Shown here one piece after another: positions 30,318-39,460 of a stretch of 64,000 bases of DNA. The notes beneath the pieces were generated by a model, which saw only the letters and a list, made by a program, of their open reading frames with translations, made no database searches and was not told the DNA's origin. How positions within the stretch are numbered: the first letter of the stretch is position 1; the number at the start of each line of letters is the position of its first letter. Made by a program: the position numbers and the translations under genes. Source of the DNA: Saprospiraceae bacterium (lineage in GTDB: Bacteria; Bacteroidota; Bacteroidia; Chitinophagales; Saprospiraceae); NCBI GenBank assembly GCA_020629255.1, contig JAHDDR010000001.1:8924-72923 (forward strand), written 5' to 3'.

Positions 30318-31452
30318 AAAATTGATTAATTGAGTTTGTTATTAGCTCTATTTGGCTATTGGTTAAATCTACAAACATAGGTAGTCGAAGTAAACAGGAA
30401 GAATACCTATCTGCCTCTTGTAAATCCCTACCATCGTGCTTATCTTTATAGAAAACACTTTTATGGAGTGACAAATAATGGAATACTGCATGAACTCCAT
30501 TCTCTTTTAAATGGTTAATTAAATTTGTTCTTTCTGTTATTGATTTACAAATCAAATAAAACATATGTGCATTATTGGTTGCATAATCAGGGATATAAGG
30601 CAATTGAATAAAATTTTCCTCTTCAAGATGTTTGAGTTTTTGATAATACTGATTCCAATGATTTATTCTTTTTTTCTGAATAAATTCGATGGATTCCAAT
30701 TGTGCTAAAAGAAAAGCAGCTGTAATATCAGATGGCAAGAATGAAGATCCAATATCAACCCATCCATACTTATCTATTTCTCCCCTAAAAAAAGCTGAAC
30801 GATTCGTGCCTTTTTCTCTGATAATCTCAGCTCTTTTCTCAAATTTTTCATCATTTATTATTAACAACCCCCCTTCCCCCGAGGTAACGTTTTTTGTTTC
30901 ATGAAATGAAAATGTTCCAAAATGACCAATACTTCCCAGTGGCAAGCCCTTATAATAGCTATCAATTCCTTGTGCTGCATCCTCAACTACATAAAGGTTG
31001 TATTTCTTTGCCAAATTTAAAATTTCATCCATATCACAAGCTATTCCTGCATAATGGACAGGAACGATTGCTTTAGTTCTCTTTGTAATGAGAGGCTCTA
31101 ATTTTGTTGTATCAAGATTGGGATTATTTGTTCCAGAATCAGCAAAAATAATTTTTGCACCCCTCAGTCTGAAAGCATTAGCAGTGGAAACAAATGTAAA
31201 GGAGGGAATAATAATTTCATCGCCCTCTTTTATATTTAAAAGAATAGCTGTCATTTCTAGAGCATCTGTACAGGATGTTGTTAAAAGCGTCTTATTTAAA
31301 TTATATTCTTCTTTAAACCATTCATGGCATTTTTTTGTAAATGTATAATCACCAGAAAGTTTTTTAGCTTTTAACGCTTGCTGAAAATAAATTATTTCCT
31401 TTCCTGTTTCAAACGGCTGATTAAATCGTATCATATTTTTTAGCTTTTCCAA
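30307..31452 (-). CDS. wecE: dTDP-4-keto-6-deoxyhexose 4-aminotransferase, WecE/RffA-like (DegT family)
   Basis: 381 aa. The N-terminus IRFNQPFETGKEIIYFQQALKAKKLSGDYTFTKKCHEWFKE parallels the WecE N-terminal pattern. The PLP-lysine motif is FSFHETKNVTSGEGG. Confidence 0.8.
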   Translation of the reverse strand: MEKLKNMIRFNQPFETGKEIIYFQQALKAKKLSGDYTFTKKCHEWFKEEYNLNKTLLTTSCTDALEMTAILLNIKEGDEIIIPSFTFVSTANAFRLRGAKIIFADSGTNNPNLDTTKLEPLITKRTKAIVPVHYAGIACDMDEILNLAKKYNLYVVEDAAQGIDSYYKGLPLGSIGHFGTFSFHETKNVTSGEGGLLIINDEKFEKRAEIIREKGTNRSAFFRGEIDKYGWVDIGSSFLPSDITAAFLLAQLESIEFIQKKRINHWNQYYQKLKHLEEENFIQLPYIPDYATNNAHMFYLICKSITERTNLINHLKENGVHAVFHYLSLHKSVFYKDKHDGRDLQEADRYSSCLLRLPMFVDLTNSQIELITNSINQFYGK

Positions 31453-32180
31453 AAACTTAGATCAACATTAAGTAATTTTTCTGTACCTAATATCGTATTT
31501 TCTAAATGCCCTTTAATTGTTTTCTCCAAACTTGTTGAAACATTAATTCTCACTTGGCTTTTATTCACTACCCGTATTTTATTTGAACCATTTATATCCT
31601 TAACACCTAAATATTGATATATTTTAGTCAACTCCCCCTCGATATTTTGGATAAATTTTTCAAAAAAAATAATTCTGAAATCACATTTAGTTTCAATAAT
31701 AGGTTTCAATAATGTAGGATATTGGCTTCTTTTGACATAATCAAATGGTGAAACCGACACTTCATTATTCAATGCTGGAGGTGGCACATTATGAATGAAT
31801 ATATCTTCTAATGTTCTTGTTTCTATTTTGTTATCAACACTAAATTTATAGTTAGACAGCAACCTATCATAAGGATTACGTAAAATGATTAAAAATTTTG
31901 CAGCAGGAAATAAATCCAATACTCTTTTAATAACCATTGGTGATTCGATGTAGCTTGTACTTTTCTCTAATATAACTTTTGTACTTTCATCTATATGCGA
32001 AAAATACTTTTCTATATATTTATTATAACAGTATTGGGAAGCATTATTTTTTAAAAAAAACTTCGGCTCTGGCCTTATCGGATAATTAAGTGTTATTTCA
32101 GGGTGTTGCCCTAAAGCCGTAGCTAAAAGTGTACTTCCAGAGCGTTGTCCGCCTAAAATTACTGCAAGATTTTTTTTCAT
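31440..32180 (-). CDS. Sulfotransferase (PAPS-dependent)
   Basis: 246 aa with no signal peptide. 5'-PSB loop VILGGQRSGSTLL. 3'-PB-like motif ILRNPYDRLLSNY. 13-nt overlap with the wecE-like gene. Confidence 0.8.
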   Translation of the reverse strand: MKKNLAVILGGQRSGSTLLATALGQHPEITLNYPIRPEPKFFLKNNASQYCYNKYIEKYFSHIDESTKVILEKSTSYIESPMVIKRVLDLFPAAKFLIILRNPYDRLLSNYKFSVDNKIETRTLEDIFIHNVPPPALNNEVSVSPFDYVKRSQYPTLLKPIIETKCDFRIIFFEKFIQNIEGELTKIYQYLGVKDINGSNKIRVVNKSQVRINVSTSLEKTIKGHLENTILGTEKLLNVDLSFWKS

Positions 32181-32346
32181 TTTCCTTCCTATATGTGATA
32201 ACTAGCAAACAATGTTATTCCTTTTGTTATTCATAGCCGTCTCTTCGCTAATAAAATTGTCCTCTCCCTTTTTAACATCAAGTAGCGTTTTTTATTAAAA
32301 GCGAATTTATTATTGATCTTGAAGCAACTCTAGATGAACTCACAAA

Positions 32347-34107
32347 TTAAGTTTTTTTCATAAAAGGCCACCAACTTTCCATAAGGCCGTCGGGTTCTAT
32401 CCGAGCAAAATTATTCATATAAACATCTATGTTTTTTTGCCGTTCCCTATCATTCCACCAAGCATTTAAATTGCTATAATTTTCATTAATTGTATCTGTT
32501 GCATTTTTATATGAGGTATGGATAATTTGTTGTTTCATCAATTTATCATAGAAGGGTTTTGCCGACTTTCTTACTTCGAACAATTCGGGATGCCCAGCAA
32601 TAATTATGGGTACTCCCATCGCTAATGTTTCTAATGTTGTCGTTCCTCCAAAATGATCTATGATTACTAAATTCGCCTTTTTAATTTGTTCTAAAAAGCT
32701 TTCTTGGTTCGATGCAAATTGAACGTCGGGAAAAGCAGTCTTCCATCGTTCTTTTAATTTCCAACCAAAATCATCTGGATATAATCTTATTTTTATTTTT
32801 TTCCGGATTTCAGGATCTATATTTTGATACAATCTTTTTTGATGTTCAAAATATAGTAAAAATCTTGTTCCAAAAACAATATTCCCTACAAAATAATTAA
32901 ATCGACAATCTGCTGTCGTTACCCAAATGATTTCGTCGTTGGGTTTTGTTTTTATTTTTGTACGGCTCATTAACCGAGGGGCTGGCATAGGTATTGTTTT
33001 TTCATTTTCTCTCCATCCCCATGTCAAGTATATATCTGATAGTTTTCTTTCTAAGAATTCTCCTTGTAACTGTTCTACTTCTCCGTAAGTTCCTCCATGC
33101 TGCACTCCTGCCACTTTAGTTCCTTTACTTGCACATCTCGCCGCCCATATAGCAAAATGAGTATTCCAAGTCCACCCAATTCCTGTAATGATAAGTCGGG
33201 GTATTTTTTTTGAAATCAATTTTTCTACATCTTGCTTTATTTCTTTGTACCCTTCCAATAATTCTATCGGAAAAAAATATTTGACAATATTAAAAAGTAT
33301 TATATCTGACTTCGTTTTGTTAGTAGAAAATTGTTCTATTTTTCTCCTTAGTTCGTAGTTTTTAATTCTTGATATTTCGAATTCCCTATTCTTTATAATA
33401 GGAGCAATCTTTCCTTTGCTTTTTATAAATAATTTCTGGAGTTCTTTATTTGAAAAAAGGGCGACGTAAATAGCGACATCACTTTCATACCCTTTATCCA
33501 TTTGATCTATAATTATTTGTTTTAGTATTTGTTTTACGCTTTTTTTATGACTCCCTCTTACTATTGAGGATGAGTCTTCATTTATATTCCATTCCTTTTT
33601 AGCAAAATCCAAATTATTTGGGTAGTATTCTTTTAATATAATTGAATATTGTTGGAGATGAAACCAAACACTTCCTCTTAATGCATGGAAATATTCTTTG
33701 GTGTTTAAGGGTGTTTGAAAGGCATCTGGATGGATACTAATTATTTTCCAATCTTTTTTTGACTCGAAGGCTTTCTCTATTCTTTTAATTTTCTCTAAAA
33801 AATTAGATATTATTGAATAAAGCCAAAAACCTGTTAATCTTTCCCAATATAATTTGTCTTTATCCTCTCCGTGTATGTCATTTAAAAAGAGAGCCAATTG
33901 GGGCAACATTCTATTATAATGCTCTAAGATCTCTTTTTTAAATGCCTTAATTTTTTCATTATCATTCCAAAAATCGGCAACTACAATCTTATTCCCAGAA
34001 TGGATGTCTTCTGGAAAAATCAGCGCATTTTCACTTAAAAAAAAATCTGCTTTTCGTTTCGTTAATTGTTCTGATGTAAGTTGTAGTAATTCCAATTTTT
34101 TATTCAA
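32347..34107 (-). CDS. Large uncharacterised putative transferase (possibly LIC12162-type)
   Basis: 586 aa, soluble. The C-terminal half has GT-B-like patches (GIGWTWNTHFAIWAARCASKGTKVAGVQHGGTYG; DHFGGTTTLETLAMGVPIIIAG). Size and O-antigen context recall the LIC12162 family. This is from memory only. Confidence 0.35.
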   Translation of the reverse strand: MNKKLELLQLTSEQLTKRKADFFLSENALIFPEDIHSGNKIVVADFWNDNEKIKAFKKEILEHYNRMLPQLALFLNDIHGEDKDKLYWERLTGFWLYSIISNFLEKIKRIEKAFESKKDWKIISIHPDAFQTPLNTKEYFHALRGSVWFHLQQYSIILKEYYPNNLDFAKKEWNINEDSSSIVRGSHKKSVKQILKQIIIDQMDKGYESDVAIYVALFSNKELQKLFIKSKGKIAPIIKNREFEISRIKNYELRRKIEQFSTNKTKSDIILFNIVKYFFPIELLEGYKEIKQDVEKLISKKIPRLIITGIGWTWNTHFAIWAARCASKGTKVAGVQHGGTYGEVEQLQGEFLERKLSDIYLTWGWRENEKTIPMPAPRLMSRTKIKTKPNDEIIWVTTADCRFNYFVGNIVFGTRFLLYFEHQKRLYQNIDPEIRKKIKIRLYPDDFGWKLKERWKTAFPDVQFASNQESFLEQIKKANLVIIDHFGGTTTLETLAMGVPIIIAGHPELFEVRKSAKPFYDKLMKQQIIHTSYKNATDTINENYSNLNAWWNDRERQKNIDVYMNNFARIEPDGLMESWWPFMKKT

Positions 34108-34109
34108 TA

Positions 34110-35639
34110 TTAAATGACTGCACTTTTTTTATGCGAAAGAAAGGACAGCTTATTCTTTATCCACATTCTATCTTGTTTATCCACTACCGTAAATATTCCG
34201 ACCGCATACATTAACATCGTTATCGTTCCGGCAACTAACCCTAGCAACCACCAATTATTGATTTCTTTAATCCAACCGTTTAAAGGAAGCAACAAGGCTC
34301 CACAAATCCAAAGAGGAAATTGGGCTTTGAAAATAATATTATAAAAATACTCTATAAATTTTATTTTCAGATCGGGCAACATCCACCACATAGCAACAGG
34401 AACAGATAACGCCCCTACCATTATTGTTCCTAATATCACTCCTTCTACTCCTATATAATTAACCAATATTATACTTGTTACTACATTTAATACTCCTACA
34501 ATAATTGCGATGACTCCCGGTTTTCTAGAATACCCCGCTCCCATATAAATCTGACCTAACATTGCTCCGGACTGCCAGAGTAATTGAAAGGCTATGCTCA
34601 TTTTTATCAGCCAAATGTATTCTAAATATTTTTCACCCATCCACAACCTAACAAATGGTTCTGCCAAAAAATAACAAGTAATTGTAATCGGAACAAATAA
34701 TAAATTATGGTATTTGATTCCTTTGTATATATATTTATCTACTCCTTTTTTTCCATCGGTTTCGTTAATCTGGCTAATAGCAGGCATTATTGCAGATGCT
34801 GCCAATCCTGATACTTGTTGTATGAGGCGGAACAAATAAAATATAATCGTGTAAACGGTAATAAAACTAGCAGACAAAAATCCTAATATTATTAATTGGT
34901 CTGCTTGATATTCCAACATGACTGCAATTTGCCCTAGCATTATCCAACTACTGAAAGCAAAAATTTCTTTAAATATTGTTTTTTTGAAATCTAAAAACCT
35001 AAAAGTCCAAAAAGGTATTTTCTTTTTCAAAAGGCCATACTGAAAAAAAACAAGGATAATTTTATCTAAATTAAATGCTATAAAAATCCATTCCAGCGAC
35101 ACCTTTGTATATAGGGTAAGAAAAATAGCGAGAGCGATCGAAATAACCCGCCCTATACCCAAGGTAATATTTAAGGTTGTAAAATCCTGAATCCCCTTAA
35201 ATACTCCTTTCAACAACATTTGGGGCCAAGAAAACACAGCCATTATTCCGGCAATTAAAAACGTATTTGTGTATGTGTTATACATAGATTTATCGAAATC
35301 CAGCCAACCAACTCCTCCTAATAAAGCCCATAAAGAAATAATTATTCCAACAAAAAGCCCTACGCCAATAAAAAAATTAAGTGCTGTATTAATGATGTCA
35401 TTAATTTTGGTATAATTTTTTTGTGCCAAATATTGAGACACATATTTAGTTACTCCATTTGCAATTCCTAAATCCAAAATATTAAAATACCCAACAACTA
35501 CACCAGCGAATAAAATAATTCCAAAGCTTTCTTCTCCTAGGTGACTCACCAGAACAGGAATAGCTATTATATTCAAAATGATTTGAAGTAATTTCAAAAC
35601 ATAATTGGCTAATGTATTTGTAACTATTTTTTTAAGCAT
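34110..35639 (-). CDS. wzx: Oligosaccharide-unit flippase (MOP superfamily, Wzx-type)
   Basis: 509 aa, 12 or more hydrophobic segments. The N-terminus TLANYVLKLLQIILNIIAIPVLVSHLGEESFGI is typical of the Polysacc_synt family. Confidence 0.8.
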   Translation of the reverse strand: MLKKIVTNTLANYVLKLLQIILNIIAIPVLVSHLGEESFGIILFAGVVVGYFNILDLGIANGVTKYVSQYLAQKNYTKINDIINTALNFFIGVGLFVGIIISLWALLGGVGWLDFDKSMYNTYTNTFLIAGIMAVFSWPQMLLKGVFKGIQDFTTLNITLGIGRVISIALAIFLTLYTKVSLEWIFIAFNLDKIILVFFQYGLLKKKIPFWTFRFLDFKKTIFKEIFAFSSWIMLGQIAVMLEYQADQLIILGFLSASFITVYTIIFYLFRLIQQVSGLAASAIMPAISQINETDGKKGVDKYIYKGIKYHNLLFVPITITCYFLAEPFVRLWMGEKYLEYIWLIKMSIAFQLLWQSGAMLGQIYMGAGYSRKPGVIAIIVGVLNVVTSIILVNYIGVEGVILGTIMVGALSVPVAMWWMLPDLKIKFIEYFYNIIFKAQFPLWICGALLLPLNGWIKEINNWWLLGLVAGTITMLMYAVGIFTVVDKQDRMWIKNKLSFLSHKKSAVI

Positions 35640-35658
35640 GGTTCCTTATCCCGTACGA

Positions 35659-36711
35659 TTAAAATAAATCCCATGATAAAGGTGTTCCTTTTTCTAAGTC
35701 TTTCTTGGCTTTCATCCCTAGTACCTGTTCCCAATATTTAGGAGGTAATCCATCACCCGGTCGTATTACTTTTATATTTTCTGTAGTAAATGATTCCCCT
35801 TGTTTAATATTTTTTGAAACGTATATCGACCGTTTGAATTGTCGGCTTTTCATTTCTGCTTTCTGGGTGTCCAACTGTATATTGCCTAGAGCTAAAAAAG
35901 CTCTTTCTGTTTCTACGACCAAATCTGCCAATTCTTCCGGTTCCAAAGAAAAGGCACTGTCTACACCCCCATCTGCTCTTCGGAGGGTGAAGTGTTTTTC
36001 TATTACTCTAGCTCCTAATGCAACTGCGGCTACAGATGCTCCGATTCCCATGGTGTGATCTGACAACCCAATGACGCAGTCATCGAAAATAGATTGAAAA
36101 ACCGGTATGGTTCTCAAGTTTGTATTTTCTGGTGTGGCCGGGTAAGTCGATGTACATTTGAAAATGACAATATTTTGGGCTCCATTGGTTTTTAAGCATT
36201 GGATTGCTTCATACAATTCGTCTAGCTTACTGGTTCCTGAAGAAATTAGGATAGGCTTTCCTGTTTGGGCTACCTTTTTTAATAAAGGAAAATGGTTACT
36301 TTCAAAAGATGCTATTTTGTATGCCGGTACGTTTAATTCTTCTAGGAAATCAACTGCGGTTTCATCAAAAGGAGAAGAAAAAGCGACCATCCCCAGAGAA
36401 TTGGCATAGTCGAATATTTCTTTGTGCCATTCCCAGGGGGTGTATGCTTCTTGGTATAGTTCGTATAGATTTTTTCCTGCCCATAAAGATTGGGGATCAT
36501 TAATATCAAATAATCCTCCTCTGTGGTTTATTGTAATTGTATCTGCCGTATAGGTTTGTAACTTTAGGGCATGTGCTCCGGTATCGGCGGCTGCCTTTAC
36601 TAAATTTAATGCTCTTTTTATATCCCCATTATGATTTCCTGACATTTCCGCAATAATGAAAGGTTTTTCATTATGTCCTATATTTATATGACCTATATTG
36701 AAAGCTTTCAT
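35659..36711 (-). CDS. pseI: Pseudaminic acid synthase (NeuB family with C-terminal SAF domain)
   Basis: 350 aa. Shows PFIIAEMSGNHNGDIKRALNLVKAAADTGAHALKLQTY and the SAF-like IKQGESFTTENIKVIRPGDGL. Lies in an operon with pseB, pseC and pseG. Confidence 0.85.
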   Translation of the reverse strand: MKAFNIGHINIGHNEKPFIIAEMSGNHNGDIKRALNLVKAAADTGAHALKLQTYTADTITINHRGGLFDINDPQSLWAGKNLYELYQEAYTPWEWHKEIFDYANSLGMVAFSSPFDETAVDFLEELNVPAYKIASFESNHFPLLKKVAQTGKPILISSGTSKLDELYEAIQCLKTNGAQNIVIFKCTSTYPATPENTNLRTIPVFQSIFDDCVIGLSDHTMGIGASVAAVALGARVIEKHFTLRRADGGVDSAFSLEPEELADLVVETERAFLALGNIQLDTQKAEMKSRQFKRSIYVSKNIKQGESFTTENIKVIRPGDGLPPKYWEQVLGMKAKKDLEKGTPLSWDLF

Positions 36712-38144
36712 TCTGCTATATATTTATAAGAATCATCCATGTTTTCCGCTACTGTTTCCCGAAACTCTAAAATGGTTCGGAAAGCTTTAATAGATCCTAT
36801 ATTATTGAATTTGACAAAACCGACAATGGGTTTGTTTTTGTGTTCCGTTTTTTTCAACTCTCTCATTCCTCTTCTAATAATAGCGCTGCCCCAACCTTTC
36901 CCTCGCTCATTTTTATCCAAACTATAGCTAATGATTGCCTCTTCCTTTTTGATATCGAATCTGATTTGTCCTATAGGTTGTTGATTATTTGTAATGACAT
37001 ACAAATAACTATTTTCATCTTTCAATTTATTAAAAAACCATTTCTCATGGCTTTCGTATGGAATAGGCTCTGAATTGTATGATTGCTGCCTTGTTAATGG
37101 ATCATTCGACCATACATGATATAATCGGCAATCTTCTTTTTTTGCCTTTCGTGCATTCATACCTAAAGATTGGAAAATTCGGACAAATCGTTTTTGCTGC
37201 CGGCCATCCATCATTTTATTTTGCTTTGCCAACATAATTCCTAACGTTTTTGCATTGGTGTTAGGGAATTCATTCCAATCGAAAGCCAATTTTTCTTTTA
37301 TGAAATATTGATGGATGTCTTTTTGATTATCTGCTATTGTTTTCAGATATATTTCTCCCCCGCTGCTTAAATATTCGTAAGAAACTGTACTAGGTGTTAA
37401 AATGGCTTTATCGCATTTTCTCATCATGGCAGCCATTTGCTGTGCATTAAGATTTGAAAGAATTTGCACATTAAGTCTTGTTTTATGAAGAAAAGGATCT
37501 AATTCTTTTCTGTGCTTATATGCTCCACCCAATACAATAAAACAATTTTGAACAGAAGGTTCTTTTTCACATTTTTTTAAAACAGAAAGGGTATTATTTT
37601 TGGGATCCGCTCCTCCCAGACAAATAAAAATTCCTTCTTTCCTATTTTCTTTATTTTTATTTATTGCATTATTCCTAAATGGTTTTCTTAATAGGGAAAA
37701 ATCTAAACCAAGACAAAACTGGGTATACGGTTCGAATGAATAGTTTTCTCTTTTAACACCACCTGCATGATTAATAATAATATCTGCAAAAAAATGATAA
37801 TTATAAATATCATCAATACAAACTAAGCGACACCCTTTGTTTTTTATAATTTGTTGGTATTCTGTAATAAAATGATACCCATCCAGAACTACTATTTCGG
37901 GCCCATCTAAATATGTTTCTGCTAGCAGTTTTGCTTCGTGGATATCATTTTCGTTCTCAGACAATTCAACAATTTCCTTGCAAACCTCTAGGATTTGTTT
38001 TTTTAGTGTTGGCAATGGAGTTCTTATCATAAAATGACATTCGAATTCCTCTTGCAACATTTCTGCCAAGGCTAGGGAACGGAAAACATGGCCCAATCCT
38101 ATTTGGGCATTACCGTCCGCTCTGAAAAAAATCTTCTGTTTCAA
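36708..38144 (-). CDS. pseG: Fusion of UDP-2,4-diacetamido-2,4,6-trideoxy-beta-L-altropyranose hydrolase (PseG) with a PseH-like GNAT N-acetyltransferase
   Basis: 478 aa. N-terminus KIFFRADGNAQIGLGHVFRSLALAEML (PseG). The C-terminal ~150 aa carry a GNAT core (WSNDPLTRQQSY...HEKWF...IGQIRF...ERGKGWGSAIIRRG). Confidence 0.75.
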   Translation of the reverse strand: MKQKIFFRADGNAQIGLGHVFRSLALAEMLQEEFECHFMIRTPLPTLKKQILEVCKEIVELSENENDIHEAKLLAETYLDGPEIVVLDGYHFITEYQQIIKNKGCRLVCIDDIYNYHFFADIIINHAGGVKRENYSFEPYTQFCLGLDFSLLRKPFRNNAINKNKENRKEGIFICLGGADPKNNTLSVLKKCEKEPSVQNCFIVLGGAYKHRKELDPFLHKTRLNVQILSNLNAQQMAAMMRKCDKAILTPSTVSYEYLSSGGEIYLKTIADNQKDIHQYFIKEKLAFDWNEFPNTNAKTLGIMLAKQNKMMDGRQQKRFVRIFQSLGMNARKAKKEDCRLYHVWSNDPLTRQQSYNSEPIPYESHEKWFFNKLKDENSYLYVITNNQQPIGQIRFDIKKEEAIISYSLDKNERGKGWGSAIIRRGMRELKKTEHKNKPIVGFVKFNNIGSIKAFRTILEFRETVAENMDDSYKYIAE

Positions 38145-38146
38145 TT

Positions 38147-39460
38147 TTAATTGAGTCTTTTAAATCCTCCGTGGCACACGGGTCCTTCTAGAACTGCGAA
38201 TACATCTTCGCCTTCTTCAAAGGTTCTTATTTTTCGGAATACTTTTTCTAGTTCGTAGAAATATCTATCTACATGTTCTTCTGTATGGGCTGTACATACA
38301 TATACATTGTTAGATGCTAATATTCCAACTTTCAACATTTCTTGGGTTATGAAGGTCTTATATGCCAACCAATTATCCTTTTTACTTTTGATACTATATG
38401 TGGTCAATGCCGGGAGCCCGGCAGTGCTTACTTCCAGTCCACATTTTTCACCTAATTCTTTCCAGCGTCGTGTTATTTCTTTACCTGTATTTGTTATTGT
38501 TTCCCACGATTTTTCTCGTTCCATTACATTTAAAGTAGCAAGGGCTGCCGCTGGACCAATCCGTTCTGTCCAAAAAGTACTACTGATGAATGTTTTTTGG
38601 GCGGCTTGCATTATTTCTTTTTTGCCTATCACTCCAGTAATGGCGTAACCATTCCCCATTGCTTTTCCAAACATCGCCATATCTGGTTCCACACCATATT
38701 TTTTATGTAACCCTCCAAAAGTTTCCCTAAAACCAGAAGTACATTCATCAAATATCAATATGATATTATTTTCTTTTGTGATTTTTCTGATTTCTTCCAA
38801 ATACCCTGGTTCTGGACCGTGGTTTCTTGAGACTTCCATTTTCAATACACCCAAATCGGGGTTTTCAGAAATAATTTTCCTTACAGCATTAATATCGTTA
38901 TAGTTGAATGGAATGGTTGTATTAACGAGACCTTTCGGAACGCCTGCTGGTTGCAATCCTGGTAACAAATGTCCAGACAGCCCTTCTTCTTCTGATAGGT
39001 TGGTTGATATATACCAATCATGCCATCCATGATAACCACAAATTGCTACCTTGTCTTTTCCGCTTGCCGCTCTGGCTATTCGGATAGCGACAGCATTGGC
39101 TTCTCCTCCTGTCCGGCAAAATCTTGCCATATCTGCCCAAGGGTGCATCGCTATTAATTGTTCTGCGAGGTAAACTTCTTCGGGACAATTGAATGTGGAC
39201 ATATTACCGTCCTGCACCACTTTTCTAACAGCTTCATCCACTTCATCATTACCATAGCCCAAAGCATTTGTACCAATGCCCATAATGGTCATGTCTAGAA
39301 ATTCATTTCCATCCAGATCCCATACCTTACAACCTTTTGCCTTGCTAAAATACGCAGGCCAATTTTCGGGAAGGAACATTTCTGGTCTTTTGGATAACAA
39401 CATTGTTCCACCCGGAATTAGTGTTTTGGCTTTTTTATACAAATCTTGGCCTTTACCCAT
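38147..39460 (-). CDS. Class-III aminotransferase (glutamate-1-semialdehyde aminomutase-like)
   Basis: 437 aa. Shows GGEANAVAIRIARA, IFDECTSGFR and FGKAMGNGY (PLP lysine). Confidence 0.8.
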   Translation of the reverse strand: MGKGQDLYKKAKTLIPGGTMLLSKRPEMFLPENWPAYFSKAKGCKVWDLDGNEFLDMTIMGIGTNALGYGNDEVDEAVRKVVQDGNMSTFNCPEEVYLAEQLIAMHPWADMARFCRTGGEANAVAIRIARAASGKDKVAICGYHGWHDWYISTNLSEEEGLSGHLLPGLQPAGVPKGLVNTTIPFNYNDINAVRKIISENPDLGVLKMEVSRNHGPEPGYLEEIRKITKENNIILIFDECTSGFRETFGGLHKKYGVEPDMAMFGKAMGNGYAITGVIGKKEIMQAAQKTFISSTFWTERIGPAAALATLNVMEREKSWETITNTGKEITRRWKELGEKCGLEVSTAGLPALTTYSIKSKKDNWLAYKTFITQEMLKVGILASNNVYVCTAHTEEHVDRYFYELEKVFRKIRTFEEGEDVFAVLEGPVCHGGFKRLN

